A stretch of 64,000 bases of DNA from the human T2T-CHM13v2.0 reference genome, Homo sapiens, in the NCBI RefSeq assembly GCF_009914755.1, contig NC_060934.1, one strand, 5' to 3'. A program made the translations under genes and the position numbers. The notes under the pieces were generated by a model. The model searched no databases and was not told the origin of the DNA. It worked only from the letters and a program-made list of their open reading frames with translations. Each line of letters begins with the position of its first letter. Positions within the stretch are counted from its first letter, which is position 1. Shown piece after piece: positions 52,836-64,000 of the stretch.

Positions 52836-53917
52836 ATTATTAAATGTGATGTTAGTTGTAGGTTTTTCATAGATTCCTTTTAGGAGATTGAAGAAGTTCC
52901 TTTCAATATCTCTCTCTTTTTTTTTAGAGGTTTTTGTTTGTTTTGTGAGTTGGTGTTGGAGTGTGTTAAATAAATTTCTGTGTCTGTTGAGATTATCCTA
53001 TGGTTTTTGTTCTTCATGCTATTAACGTTGTATTTACACTAATTGGTTTTTTGCATGTTAAACCAATCTTACATTCCTGGGATAAATCCCATTTGACCAC
53101 AGAATATAGTGCTTTATACGTGTTGCTAGCTTTAGTTTGCTAATATTTTGTTAATGGTAATTTTACATCTATATTCATGAGGGATATTGTTCCATAGTTT
53201 TCTTTTCCTCTGTTGTCTTTAGCTGGCTTTAGAGTTGGAAGTGTTCCATCACCTTTTATTTTTCTGAAAGAGTTTCTGAAGTATTGATATTGTTCTCTGA
53301 GTTGGTAGAATTCACAAATGAAGTCATCTGGTCCTGAACTTTTCTTTGTGGGGATATTTTTAATCACTAATTTAATTTCTTCATTTTGTATAGGTCTATT
53401 CAGATTGCTATTTCCTCTTGAGTCAGTTTCGTTCATTTGTATCTTTCTAGGAATGTATTCATTTTACCTAATGATACATTCATTGGTATATGGTTATTTA
53501 TAGTATTACATTATAATCCTTGTAATTTCTGTAATATCAGTCATGATATCTTCTTTGCTTCTTGATTTTGGTCATTCGAGTCTTTTCCCGTTTGTTTTTG
53601 GTCAGTTTAGCTAAATGTTTCTCAGTTGTTCTTCTCTATTTCTTTGATTTTTCTTTAATCTTCACTGTTTCCTTCCTCCCACTTACTAGATGTGGATATC
53701 TGGGATCCACTCCAGTCCTGTCTTGTGCATGTGCACTGATTTCCAGACCACAAGGAACCTGGGGAAGTTTATCAAGGCCTTTAACTTTTGTTTAATTTTT
53801 CAGCTTTCACCAATACATTTCTGGGTAGCCTGCCAATCTAATATTTTCCCCATCCAAGTCTACACCTCAGGTTTGCTGAGACATTGGACTTCTTCATTCA
53901 TTTGACATCAAGTTCAC

Positions 53918-54289
53918 TGTATTAGTCTGTTTCTACACTGTTACAAAGAGCTATCTGAGACTGGGGAACTTATGAAGAAAGAGGTTTAATTGATTCACAG
54001 TTTTGCATGGCTGTGGAGGCCTTAAGAAACTTACAGTCATGGTGGAAGGCGAAGGGGAAGCAAACACCTTCTTCACAAGGCAGGAAGAGAGAGAGAGGGA
54101 AGTGGTAACTGCCAAACACTTTAAAACCTTCAGATCTCATGAGAACTCACTCACTAGTATGGGGGAAACTGGCCCCATGAAAAGCCCCTGCCGCCACCCC
54201 AGTCACCTCCCACCAGTTCCCTTTCTCAACACACTGGGATTACAGTTGGAGATGAGATTTGGGTGGGGACAAAAAGCCAAACCACATCA
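53918..54289 (-). mobile_element. THE1D/MSTA-like MaLR solo LTR
   Basis: 'tgtattagtctgtt...gaggtttaattga...catggtggaaggcgaagggga...gagatgagatttgggtggggac...aaaccacatca'. Confidence 0.9.
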
Positions 54290-55204
54290 GTTATCACCAT
54301 CTCTGACAATACCCAGGGGCATTGAATTTGTTTCCATTTTCTCCAAATCAAGTCAGCCCCCACCAGTAGCAAAATTACTGGTTTTCATGACTTGACTTAC
54401 TCTGGTAATAATTGTCACATTGACTAAACTGGAAGAGGGAAATAGGAACAGGCTTAGAGATTCTCACTAGTTTTGCCGAGGGTTCAGCAGTTTTTCTTGA
54501 GTAAACACTTCTCAATTCACTGTAGTATGCCTCTGGTTAATTTTCTGAGGTCTGAAATAGTTCTTTCTGGCAATTTTGTCTAGTTGTGTAATGGATTTTT
54601 GAAGGGAGACTTTACTGAGGCCTCACTTTTAAAGTCAAGATTGCTGTCTTAAGCCACTAGGTTTTGGAGTAATTTGGTGCACAGCAATAAATATCTGGAA
54701 TGGCACACTCTTTCTATGTGCTTAGTATACCAAAGTGAACATGTAAAATTCCTGTTCTCAGGACAAAGCAAACACAGTAAAAACAATGAAGTCAGAGGAG
54801 CATAAAATAAAGCTAACGCTATTAACAATATAATCTTCTGTTTCCTAGGTAAGAAAATCACAGTACAAAGGCAATGCCACTTGTGTATTAGCATTGCCAT
54901 TAAAACACACCTGCATTAGTCTATGTACAAGATTCTAGACATAGGTTCACGGACTCCACTGTATCCTCCAAAATGTTGTCATTCCCAAGCACTAATGTGT
55001 TGAAATATACTTTATAATAAAAATCATTTTTCTTTATTTTACTTTAATGTTATAGATAACTTGTTATATAGATACTTAACAACTGGCTATGTGGCTACAT
55101 GACTTTATATATAAATTTTATTTAATATAATAAAAAAAGAATTATAAGACATTTCTTCTAAAAGGGAGTATTGAGACAGCATTGAGAATCCCTAGACTAG
55201 ATAA

Positions 55205-55507
<303 letters not shown>

Positions 55508-55687
55508 TAGACTAGACAATTTCTAATAAACCTTCCCATGTTAAGATAATATTAAATTTGCTTAGATATGCTAAACTAATTTTCTTCGATGTTTGACAAC
55601 TTTAACCCTGTAGTTTAATAGGAACCTTCAAGGAACGTGTTTTAGGCTCTGGCTGGTAGCTATAACCTCTTTCCTGTTTTAAGTCTT

Positions 55688-55962
55688 TTTTTTTTTTCTT
55701 TTTTTTTTTTATTATACTTTAAGTTTTAGGGTACATGTGCACATTGTGCAGGTTAGTTACATATGTATACATGTGCCATGCTGGTGCGCTGCACCCACTA
55801 ACTCGTCATCTAGCATTAGGTATATCTCCCAATGCTATCCTTCCCCCCTCCCCCCACCCCACCACAGTCCCCAGAGTACGATATTCCCCTTCCTGTGTCC
55901 ATGTGATCTCATTGTTCAATTCCCACCTATGAGTGAGAATATGCGGTGTTTGGTTTTTTGTT
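55688..55962 (-). mobile_element. Young 5'-truncated L1 (L1PA2-like) 3' end
   Basis: Nearly undiverged 3'UTR; sense 'gatgacGAGttagtggg' and 'acttaaagtat' (not the L1HS-Ta ACA/G alleles); exact TSD ctgttttaagtctt at 55674-55687 / 55965-55978. Confidence 0.93.
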
Positions 55963-56281
55963 ATCTGTTTTAAGTCTTGATCAGTTTCTATGTTGACCTC
56001 CAAAATAACCTAGAGATAAAAGTAGTGACACTAATTGTTTAAGCAGCTTCAGGAGGCTTAATAAAACTTCATCATTTATAATTCATCTCATGCCTAAACA
56101 CAAATTAAGGAATAGTGATGACTGCTGAAGAATGTCAACATTGTTTTCTCTGAGTACTTGAAATGCCCCAAAGTTTGGAGCTTTGTTATTTGCCTATTTG
56201 GACTAATTTATTTAATCATATCATTAAAGGCATTCATTCTTACTTAATTGAGCAAAGGTCTTGTTTTAAAAAATATATTCT

Positions 56282-56600
<319 letters not shown>

Positions 56601-56684
56601 ATAATAAAAATATATCCTTAATGTATGCAAGGCACTACCCTAGAAACTGTGTTCCAGTGTGTAAGACATGTGCATTAGACAGGT

Positions 56685-57090
56685 CTGTGGCCTCGAATAG
56701 GACTCCACTCAGATTGTTCAACCACAGAGACTTGAAGGAAGGACTATTTACAAAGGTGAGCAAGTTCAAGAGAAGACATCGCAGCCCCTAGGATTAGTAA
56801 CAAAGGAAAGCATTACTATTAGGCAACAAGGCTTGAAGAGGAAACATGGCTTGAAGCTATTGCTCTGGCAATAGCTACCAGAGCTCTTTGTAAGATGGAC
56901 CTGTGGAGGATGGGCCCCTCTGCAAGAGCTATAGTTGCCAGGACCAAGGCCCAAGGAAATTCCTCTCCTCACTTAATTCCTGTTTGTGCCTCCCCTTGGG
57001 CAACCCCAAGCCCAAGACCCAGCTAATATATTCTGTGACAGGGGGGCCTCCTGGGCACACAGTAGGGCTGAAAGGGATGGAGAACGGCTA
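56685..57090. mobile_element. LTR33-like ERVL LTR
   Basis: 'ggactatttacaaaggtg', 'gcctccccttgggcaacccca', 'gcctcctgggcacacagtagggc' resemble LTR33; boundaries approximate. Confidence 0.55.
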
Positions 57091-57399
57091 TGGGACAACA
57101 AAGCGAGAATGAAAGGCATGGCGTCTTTATACTTGCGAGGAACTTGCATGTCTAAAGGGGGCAGCGAAGATGTCACCAGACCGTTACAATATATGACAGT
57201 TACAGTGCAGGCAAGATAAAGGGTGACACAGAAGGATGTGAAAGCACAGAGAGGAAGATTTATCCCAAAGCTGGAATGTAAAAAGGTTTTAGTGAAGTAT
57301 GGCATACTGTTTGAATTTTGAGTGATATTCACATAGACAAAGAAAGGTAGGTAGTAAGGTATTCTGGGCAGGGACTTCAGGGCCCAGCCTACGTAATCA

Positions 57400-57731
57400 C
57401 AGTTACATATCCTGTATGATGGGCATATATTCTCAGAAATGCATCATCAGGCAATTTCGTTGTTGGAGACTATCACCGAGTGAACTTACATACCTACCTA
57501 GATGGTAGAGTCTACTACACACCTAGGCTAGACGGTGTAGCCTATTGCTCAGGCTACAAACCTGTTCAGGATGTGACTGCACTGAATACAGCAGGCGATT
57601 GTAACACAATGATAAGTACTTACGTTTCTAGGCATAGAATACACTAAAAATATGGAATTATAATCTTATGGGACCACGATCATATATGCCATCAGTTGTT
57701 GGCTGAAATATTGCTATGTGGCACATGATTG
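57400..57731. mobile_element. Tigger3 (MER7/Golem) non-autonomous element
   Basis: 'ctactacacacctaggcta...tagcctattgctc..ggctacaaacctgt...ataatcttatgggaccac...gcacatgattg'. Confidence 0.85.
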
Positions 57732-59169
57732 CATTCAAAAGCATAAGATGACTGAAAGAAATATAAAATGGAGTTAATGGTATCTATTTTAATTATAATT
57801 TAATGCTTGTTTCACTCACTGTGTTTTACTACCAGGATTTCCCAGGCGTGTTGGGAAGAACCCAATCGCTCTTAAGCTATTAATGTGTTTCTCAAGAAAT
57901 AGGCTTTTATGATTAGAAATAATAATGTTAGAATTATTAGGAAGAGGCTAGGTTAAAGGTGTCTTTACAGAATGGTTTCTGAGTCTTTGTTACGTTGTTA
58001 TGCTCTCTAATATCTGAACAAGCTGCAGAGAATTCAGCCTCCCAAACTTAGTTGAACACAGAAATATTTTACCAAGAAGCATCTCTTGGGTCTGGCATTC
58101 TGAGGAACATGCTTATCAAGATGTGGAAAATATATTTCCCCAACTAAGACAAACATCTTTCCAATTATAAATAACATAAATGAATAAAAATCCCCTAATA
58201 CTTAAGTGAATGTGAATAAAAAGGGCTAGTCTGTCATTCCACATCTATTTATGTGACATAATGGTCACCCATTTTTATTTCTGTACATGTTGACATTTTC
58301 AATTTTATTTTTTAAAGGCTGTGGGGGTCTAACCCTCTGGGGTTGGAAGATAGACCTGAAATATGCGGTGTAATCTAACTGTAGAAATAGGAATTAGGAT
58401 GTAGAGATGTTCTCCTTTCTCATCGTTCTCATTTGCAGTTTCCACCTAAAAAGTGATAATTAAAGTTGAAAGAATTACTTTCCTTCTCCAATTGCTATGC
58501 ATATATTTTCAAGTTTTGGATTAATCATGGGGGTCTACCATTATTTCCTATGTTTCAAAGTTATACAGATTTACTGTGGGTTGACTCCAGCTCCAACAGC
58601 TTGTGAAAAATCCAAGGATCTGATTGCAATGAGCAGAAATGTCAATGTTAGAAGATCAAGACTCCTTGATGTTTTTAATAAACTTTCAAAATGTATCTTA
58701 CTCTATTTGTACTGTGTAGATTTTCCACTTGATAAAGCACAATATTTAAAGGAGAACACTTGAGCTATTTAATGCGTTTTCCTATTACATTTGGTACACT
58801 AAGCTTTTTCCCGCCCCTGCTTTACTTGGTATTAGGGAACAACAAAGGGATTGGAAAGGTGAGTGTATTTCTTCTGTAAGATTCAGTGCTCAGAGCCTGA
58901 CAGACCAAGATGTATTAAATTTTACATGAAGCTTTGTGTCTGCCCCCATGATGACTGAAGTGTTTTGGATTTATACAAATAGATGGATTTAGTCTGTTGA
59001 CAAAATCATAAAGAAAAAGGAATGCATAAAGGTGCAGTCATATCTATTACCATACAGAATTATAATGTATTGTTTTTTAAATAACATCACAAGGTAAGAA
59101 TGCCTTCAACTCAAAGAGCTTGGGAAAAGTGGCTTCTGGTCCCAGACTTGGCCCTATCAGCAACTTGCT

Positions 59170-59245
59170 ACACAAATTTTGGCTAGGCCATTTGACACAA
59201 ATTTTGGCTAGGCCATTTGACACAAATTTTGGCTAGGCCATTTGA
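59170..59245. repeat. Perfect 25-bp x3 tandem repeat (acacaaattttggctaggccatttg)
   Basis: Identical units at 59170, 59195 and 59220. Confidence 0.97.
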
Positions 59246-60254
59246 ATTCACGGTCTTTTATACCAAAAACCAACCAACCAATCAATGCAGTATAACGCAA
59301 TACAAATGGAGGAAGACTAATTTTCCTTACGTAGTTTCAGGAGGCAAATTGCTTACTGATTCTTTAAAAATGTCAAGTTCTCCTCCAGAGATGTGCATCT
59401 TCATTCATTTTTATGTAAAACAGATCACATCAAAAGAGACAATTACTGCTTGAAGCTAGATGTTGCTTTCTTGATCACCCCTAAATTGAAATCCTTGTGT
59501 GAGTGGATAATAGACACTGGAGGGAAGATGAAAGAATCAGACTTCTATCAGGGGTGCTGATTCACTGAATTTGCAGCTTCAAAACCATCCCCAGGGATCA
59601 AAAAGCCTAGCCAGCAAAACTGAGGAAACAATGACTCTGCATTTCAGTGACCCGCATATGATACAGCTTAATTTTGTCAGCTGTGATTGGTGTGAATTGC
59701 TCTGATGAAGTCCATGGTTATAACATCACGGGAAGTGAGATCTGCAAAAGATCACCAGAATGGGAAATTCCTTGAGGGCACTGGCTCTTCATCACTGCTC
59801 AAATTTTGTCAACAAAGTAAAGTGACCTTTAATGAAGGAAGCGTGGGATGGCATTCTGGTTTCTGTGCTGTGTTTTTTTGTTTCTTGTTTGAGAGCATGA
59901 CAGCCGCATATGTAAAAGTTGGGTCAGGGAATTTTCCCCCAAATGATTTTGATCTGTTTCTCAGTGATGATCTGTATAATTATTCCGTGTCAAATGTCCA
60001 TTCAGAAATCATGCTATGAACTGACACATCTAAATCAGAACTCTACTTTGATCTACATGAAATGTGTGGAACTCCGGAGAAAATCAATCTCTTCGGGAAG
60101 TTTCAAACTAGTAACAGAAAAGATAGAAACTTTATGTTTTTCTGATAATTCACTGTGTTTTTGTGCCAGCATTATATGTGAGCTGATAACTTGGGAAAAT
60201 ATTCGTTCTTCTAGTTGATATGTTTTGCTCATTTTGGGACCTTTTGAAGTTTTG

Positions 60255-60830
60255 GTTTTTTAAAAACTTATTGAAATACGACCTACATACAGAAATACGG
60301 ATAAATTGTAAGGGCACAGCACAGTGAATTTTTATAAAGTAAACATGCTCATGTGGCTGGCACCCAAGTGAAGAAATAAAAAATAGTATCACAAAAATTT
60401 CAGAAGAATCCTACTGATCCTTCTCAGTTACTATTATTAATTATAAGACTAATAATCAATATGCCCATCAAAAGGTGATATTATTTAACTTCTGGTACGC
60501 TGTATTAATGCTTGAACTTTATACAAATGACTTATGTGGGTTTTTTTGTGTGTGTCTGGCTTCATTTCCATAATGTTATATGGTTAATCTACATTGTTGT
60601 GTTCATTTTCACTGAGCCTAGGATTTCACGGCACAGACATACCACAATTTATTCATTCTATTGATGATGGACATTGAGTGGCTTCTAATATTTGGCTATT
60701 ACTAATAATACCGTGAAAAACATTCTTCTATGTGTCTTTTGATGAACATATACACATTTTGTTCAAGTTCATGCTTAGAATTGGTATTGCAGGCATGCAG
60801 GTTAAGAGAACGCTCTACTTCAGTAGATAC
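60255..60830 (-). mobile_element. Old L1M (L1ME/MB-like) 3' fragment
   Basis: 'acagtgaatttt...ataccacaatttattcattctattgatgatggacattgag...tttggctattac...tgtgtcttttgatgaacata'. Confidence 0.7.
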
Positions 60831-62520
60831 TGACACTTGGTAAGGCAATGGTCCTGGGATTCTTGAGGGATGAAAGGTATATCTCACATTCACTCAAATG
60901 CAAGAGCTAAACACAGGTAGAAAGTGAAGATGGCATTTTGCTTCACAGCAGGTTCATAAAGTTGTGCTTTTAACTTGTGTTAGGCTGAGTATAGAGTTGT
61001 GTCCACCATCGTTATCCTGGAGTTTCTCACACTATTATAAGAACTAGTTGCCTTTCTGAGGTCTCCAAGTGTTCAGCTGTACAGTGCCTAACTGAAATCT
61101 CCACTGCTGTTACTTGTATGTTTTTAACAGGTAAAAGTTAATAACTTTGACAAATATCAAGGAGTCTCTAACTGGAAAAGCTTATTAGCTTTGGGGGCAG
61201 AATAGCAGGATGGGGTGGCCATCAGAAGGCCCCGTTATGTCACATTCTTCCAAAATAATCATGTTATGGTTGTAGGCAAATCAGCTCCACAGACAACCTC
61301 TCCTTTCATGTATGAGAATTCACTGTGGATTGGTCTTGCAGTGAATTGATCAGAAAAAGAAAAAGGATTTCAATTTACATGAGAAAAATGAAGAGCTAAG
61401 GGTAAAATTCTGTCATCAAATGTATAAATACGTGGTGAAGGCTAGGTCTTGATCAGAAAAGGATACAAAGCAAAAGGATTTCTATATACTGGCTCTTTCC
61501 AAATGGAGATTAAATGCTGCAGGAAGACAGTTTTTTTGATACATCTAAAATTGGTTCAATCTAAAACCTATCTATTTAGACGCAAATTAAATGGCTAGGT
61601 TAGGTAAAGTTCCATAATCCCTGGAAGAACGTCAAAACATATCAATGAATGAAACCACGTTTTCTGTATGGAAAACAGAGCATATACAGGGTTCCTTTAC
61701 AAATCTGGTGTCTGTAAGGTATATCCTGCATCATTTACTTTATACTATTTATGAGCTGTGAAGCTCTGATGCACAACTTCAGGAAATGAATAATTTATCA
61801 ATCTTTGAAAGATATTCTGGAGAATTTCTGAAGGCAGATGGTAGAATTTGCAGTGTACTAGACATAATTTTTCAACAATAGTAGCGTCAAATTAAATGAT
61901 CATTCAGAAAAATACAGACATGAGATTTTAAAATTTACGTTGTGATGGAAAGATTTTCTTCTTTATTTGGGAAAATAGATTTTTATTGGCTATAAATATA
62001 TCTATTGCTCTTAGAGAGATTTCCTTAGCAGATGGGCATACAGTTATATTTTTAACTTCCCTTTTAATAATATTGAATGTAACTGACTTAAAATTATTCT
62101 ATTTATATTCACACCTAATTCTTCCAGGGGTATATATTGCAACTTGACTTATATTGATTTCTAAATTTATTGCCTTGTTCAAATTGGCTGAAAAAAATGA
62201 TTATTTTTCATAGAAGAAGATGATACTGAAAGGGGGCAGGTTTATAATTTGATATGGTAGCAGTAATAAATGAATGAATGAATGAATGTTCATACAAATT
62301 TGACCAAATGAGAGAAAATGCTTTTTATAAGAGAAAATTTATGTAATTATTTTTCATCAGAGGCAGAAAAGATTTACACAAAGTGGTAAAACGAGAAACA
62401 TATGGAAATGGTATCTAGATATATTAAAATATGAACCTATTTAAAATTAGTTGTTTTCTATTTACTGTTAATTGCTAGTAGGTGTTAGCCCAAGTACAGT
62501 CCTTGACCACAACACATATA

Positions 62521-62824
62521 TAATTGTCTGTTGGTAGTTCGGGATATTGGTTCCAGGATCTGCCTCAGAAAACAAAGTTCATGGATGCTCAAGTCCCTTG
62601 CATAAAATATCACAGTAATTGCATAAAACCTACACATATCCTCTCGTACACTTTGTCTCTAAACTGCTTATAATACCTAATACAATGCAAATGCTATGTA
62701 AATGGTTGTTATAGAGTATTATTTTTTGTTTGTGTTATTTTTATTCTATCTTTTAAAGAATACTTTTCATCTGGGGTTGAATGAATCTGTAGATCCAGAA
62801 CTCATGGATATGGAAGGCTGACTG
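62521..62824. mobile_element. MER2 (TcMar-Tigger)
   Basis: 'ttggttccagga...atggatgctcaagtccct...ttataatacctaatacaatg...ggatatggaaggctgactgta'. Confidence 0.88.
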
Positions 62825-62839
62825 TATTTTCTTCAGGTA

Positions 62840-62920
62840 TTAGGTTGGTGCTAAAGTGACTGAGGTTTTTGCCCTTACTTTTAATTGCAAAAACTGCCGT
62901 TACTTTTGCACCAACCTTAA
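62840..62920. mobile_element. MADE1 mariner MITE (family that gave rise to miR-548)
   Basis: ~80-bp palindrome ttaggttggtgc...ttttgcaccaacct flanked by TA. Confidence 0.92.
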
Positions 62921-62999
62921 TAAATAAGATACCAAGTTCATTACAAACAGGTCAGACCACCTGAAAATTGTCAATGAATGTTGAACAGGGCAGCCATTC

Positions 63000-64000
<1,001 letters not shown>

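Larger units (their letters stand above)
51870..53690 (-). mobile_element. Old L1M ORF2 fragment (host of MLT2 and MER30)
   Basis: ORF 53140-53436 gives L1 ORF2p-like 'NLNRPIQNEEIKLVIKNIPTKKSSGPDDF'; 'ttgaagaagttcc', 'cctgggataaatcccatttga'. Confidence 0.85.

Overview
AT-rich, CpG-poor hominoid (very probably human or great-ape) genomic DNA. The young elements that date it are an AluY-class SINE and an L1PA2-like 3' end. I find no credible protein-coding gene, RNA gene or CpG island; the ORF track is explained by L1/Alu remnants, microsatellites and chance ORFs, so the window looks intronic or intergenic. It is a mosaic of transposon fossils: 11 Alus/Alu fragments (most with readable target-site duplications), L1s of many ages, MaLR/ERVL LTRs, DNA transposons (MER53, MER6B, MER20, MER30, Tigger3, MER2, MADE1), MIR and L2. 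A ~14 kb central block lacks recognisable primate TEs. Structure that repeat annotation does not explain: (i) a 109-bp near-perfect palindrome at 40262-40370; (ii) a composite insertion at 4636-4749 made of two inverted copies of nearby sequence; (iii) two 5'-inverted (twin-primed) L1s; (iv) 110-bp and 25-bp tandem triplications; (v) closely spaced inverted Alu pairs; (vi) several candidate enhancers and non-coding exons. I see no evidence for a new multi-gene biological system. Subfamily names come from recalled consensus sequences and need RepeatMasker/Dfam confirmation; I cannot name the locus.
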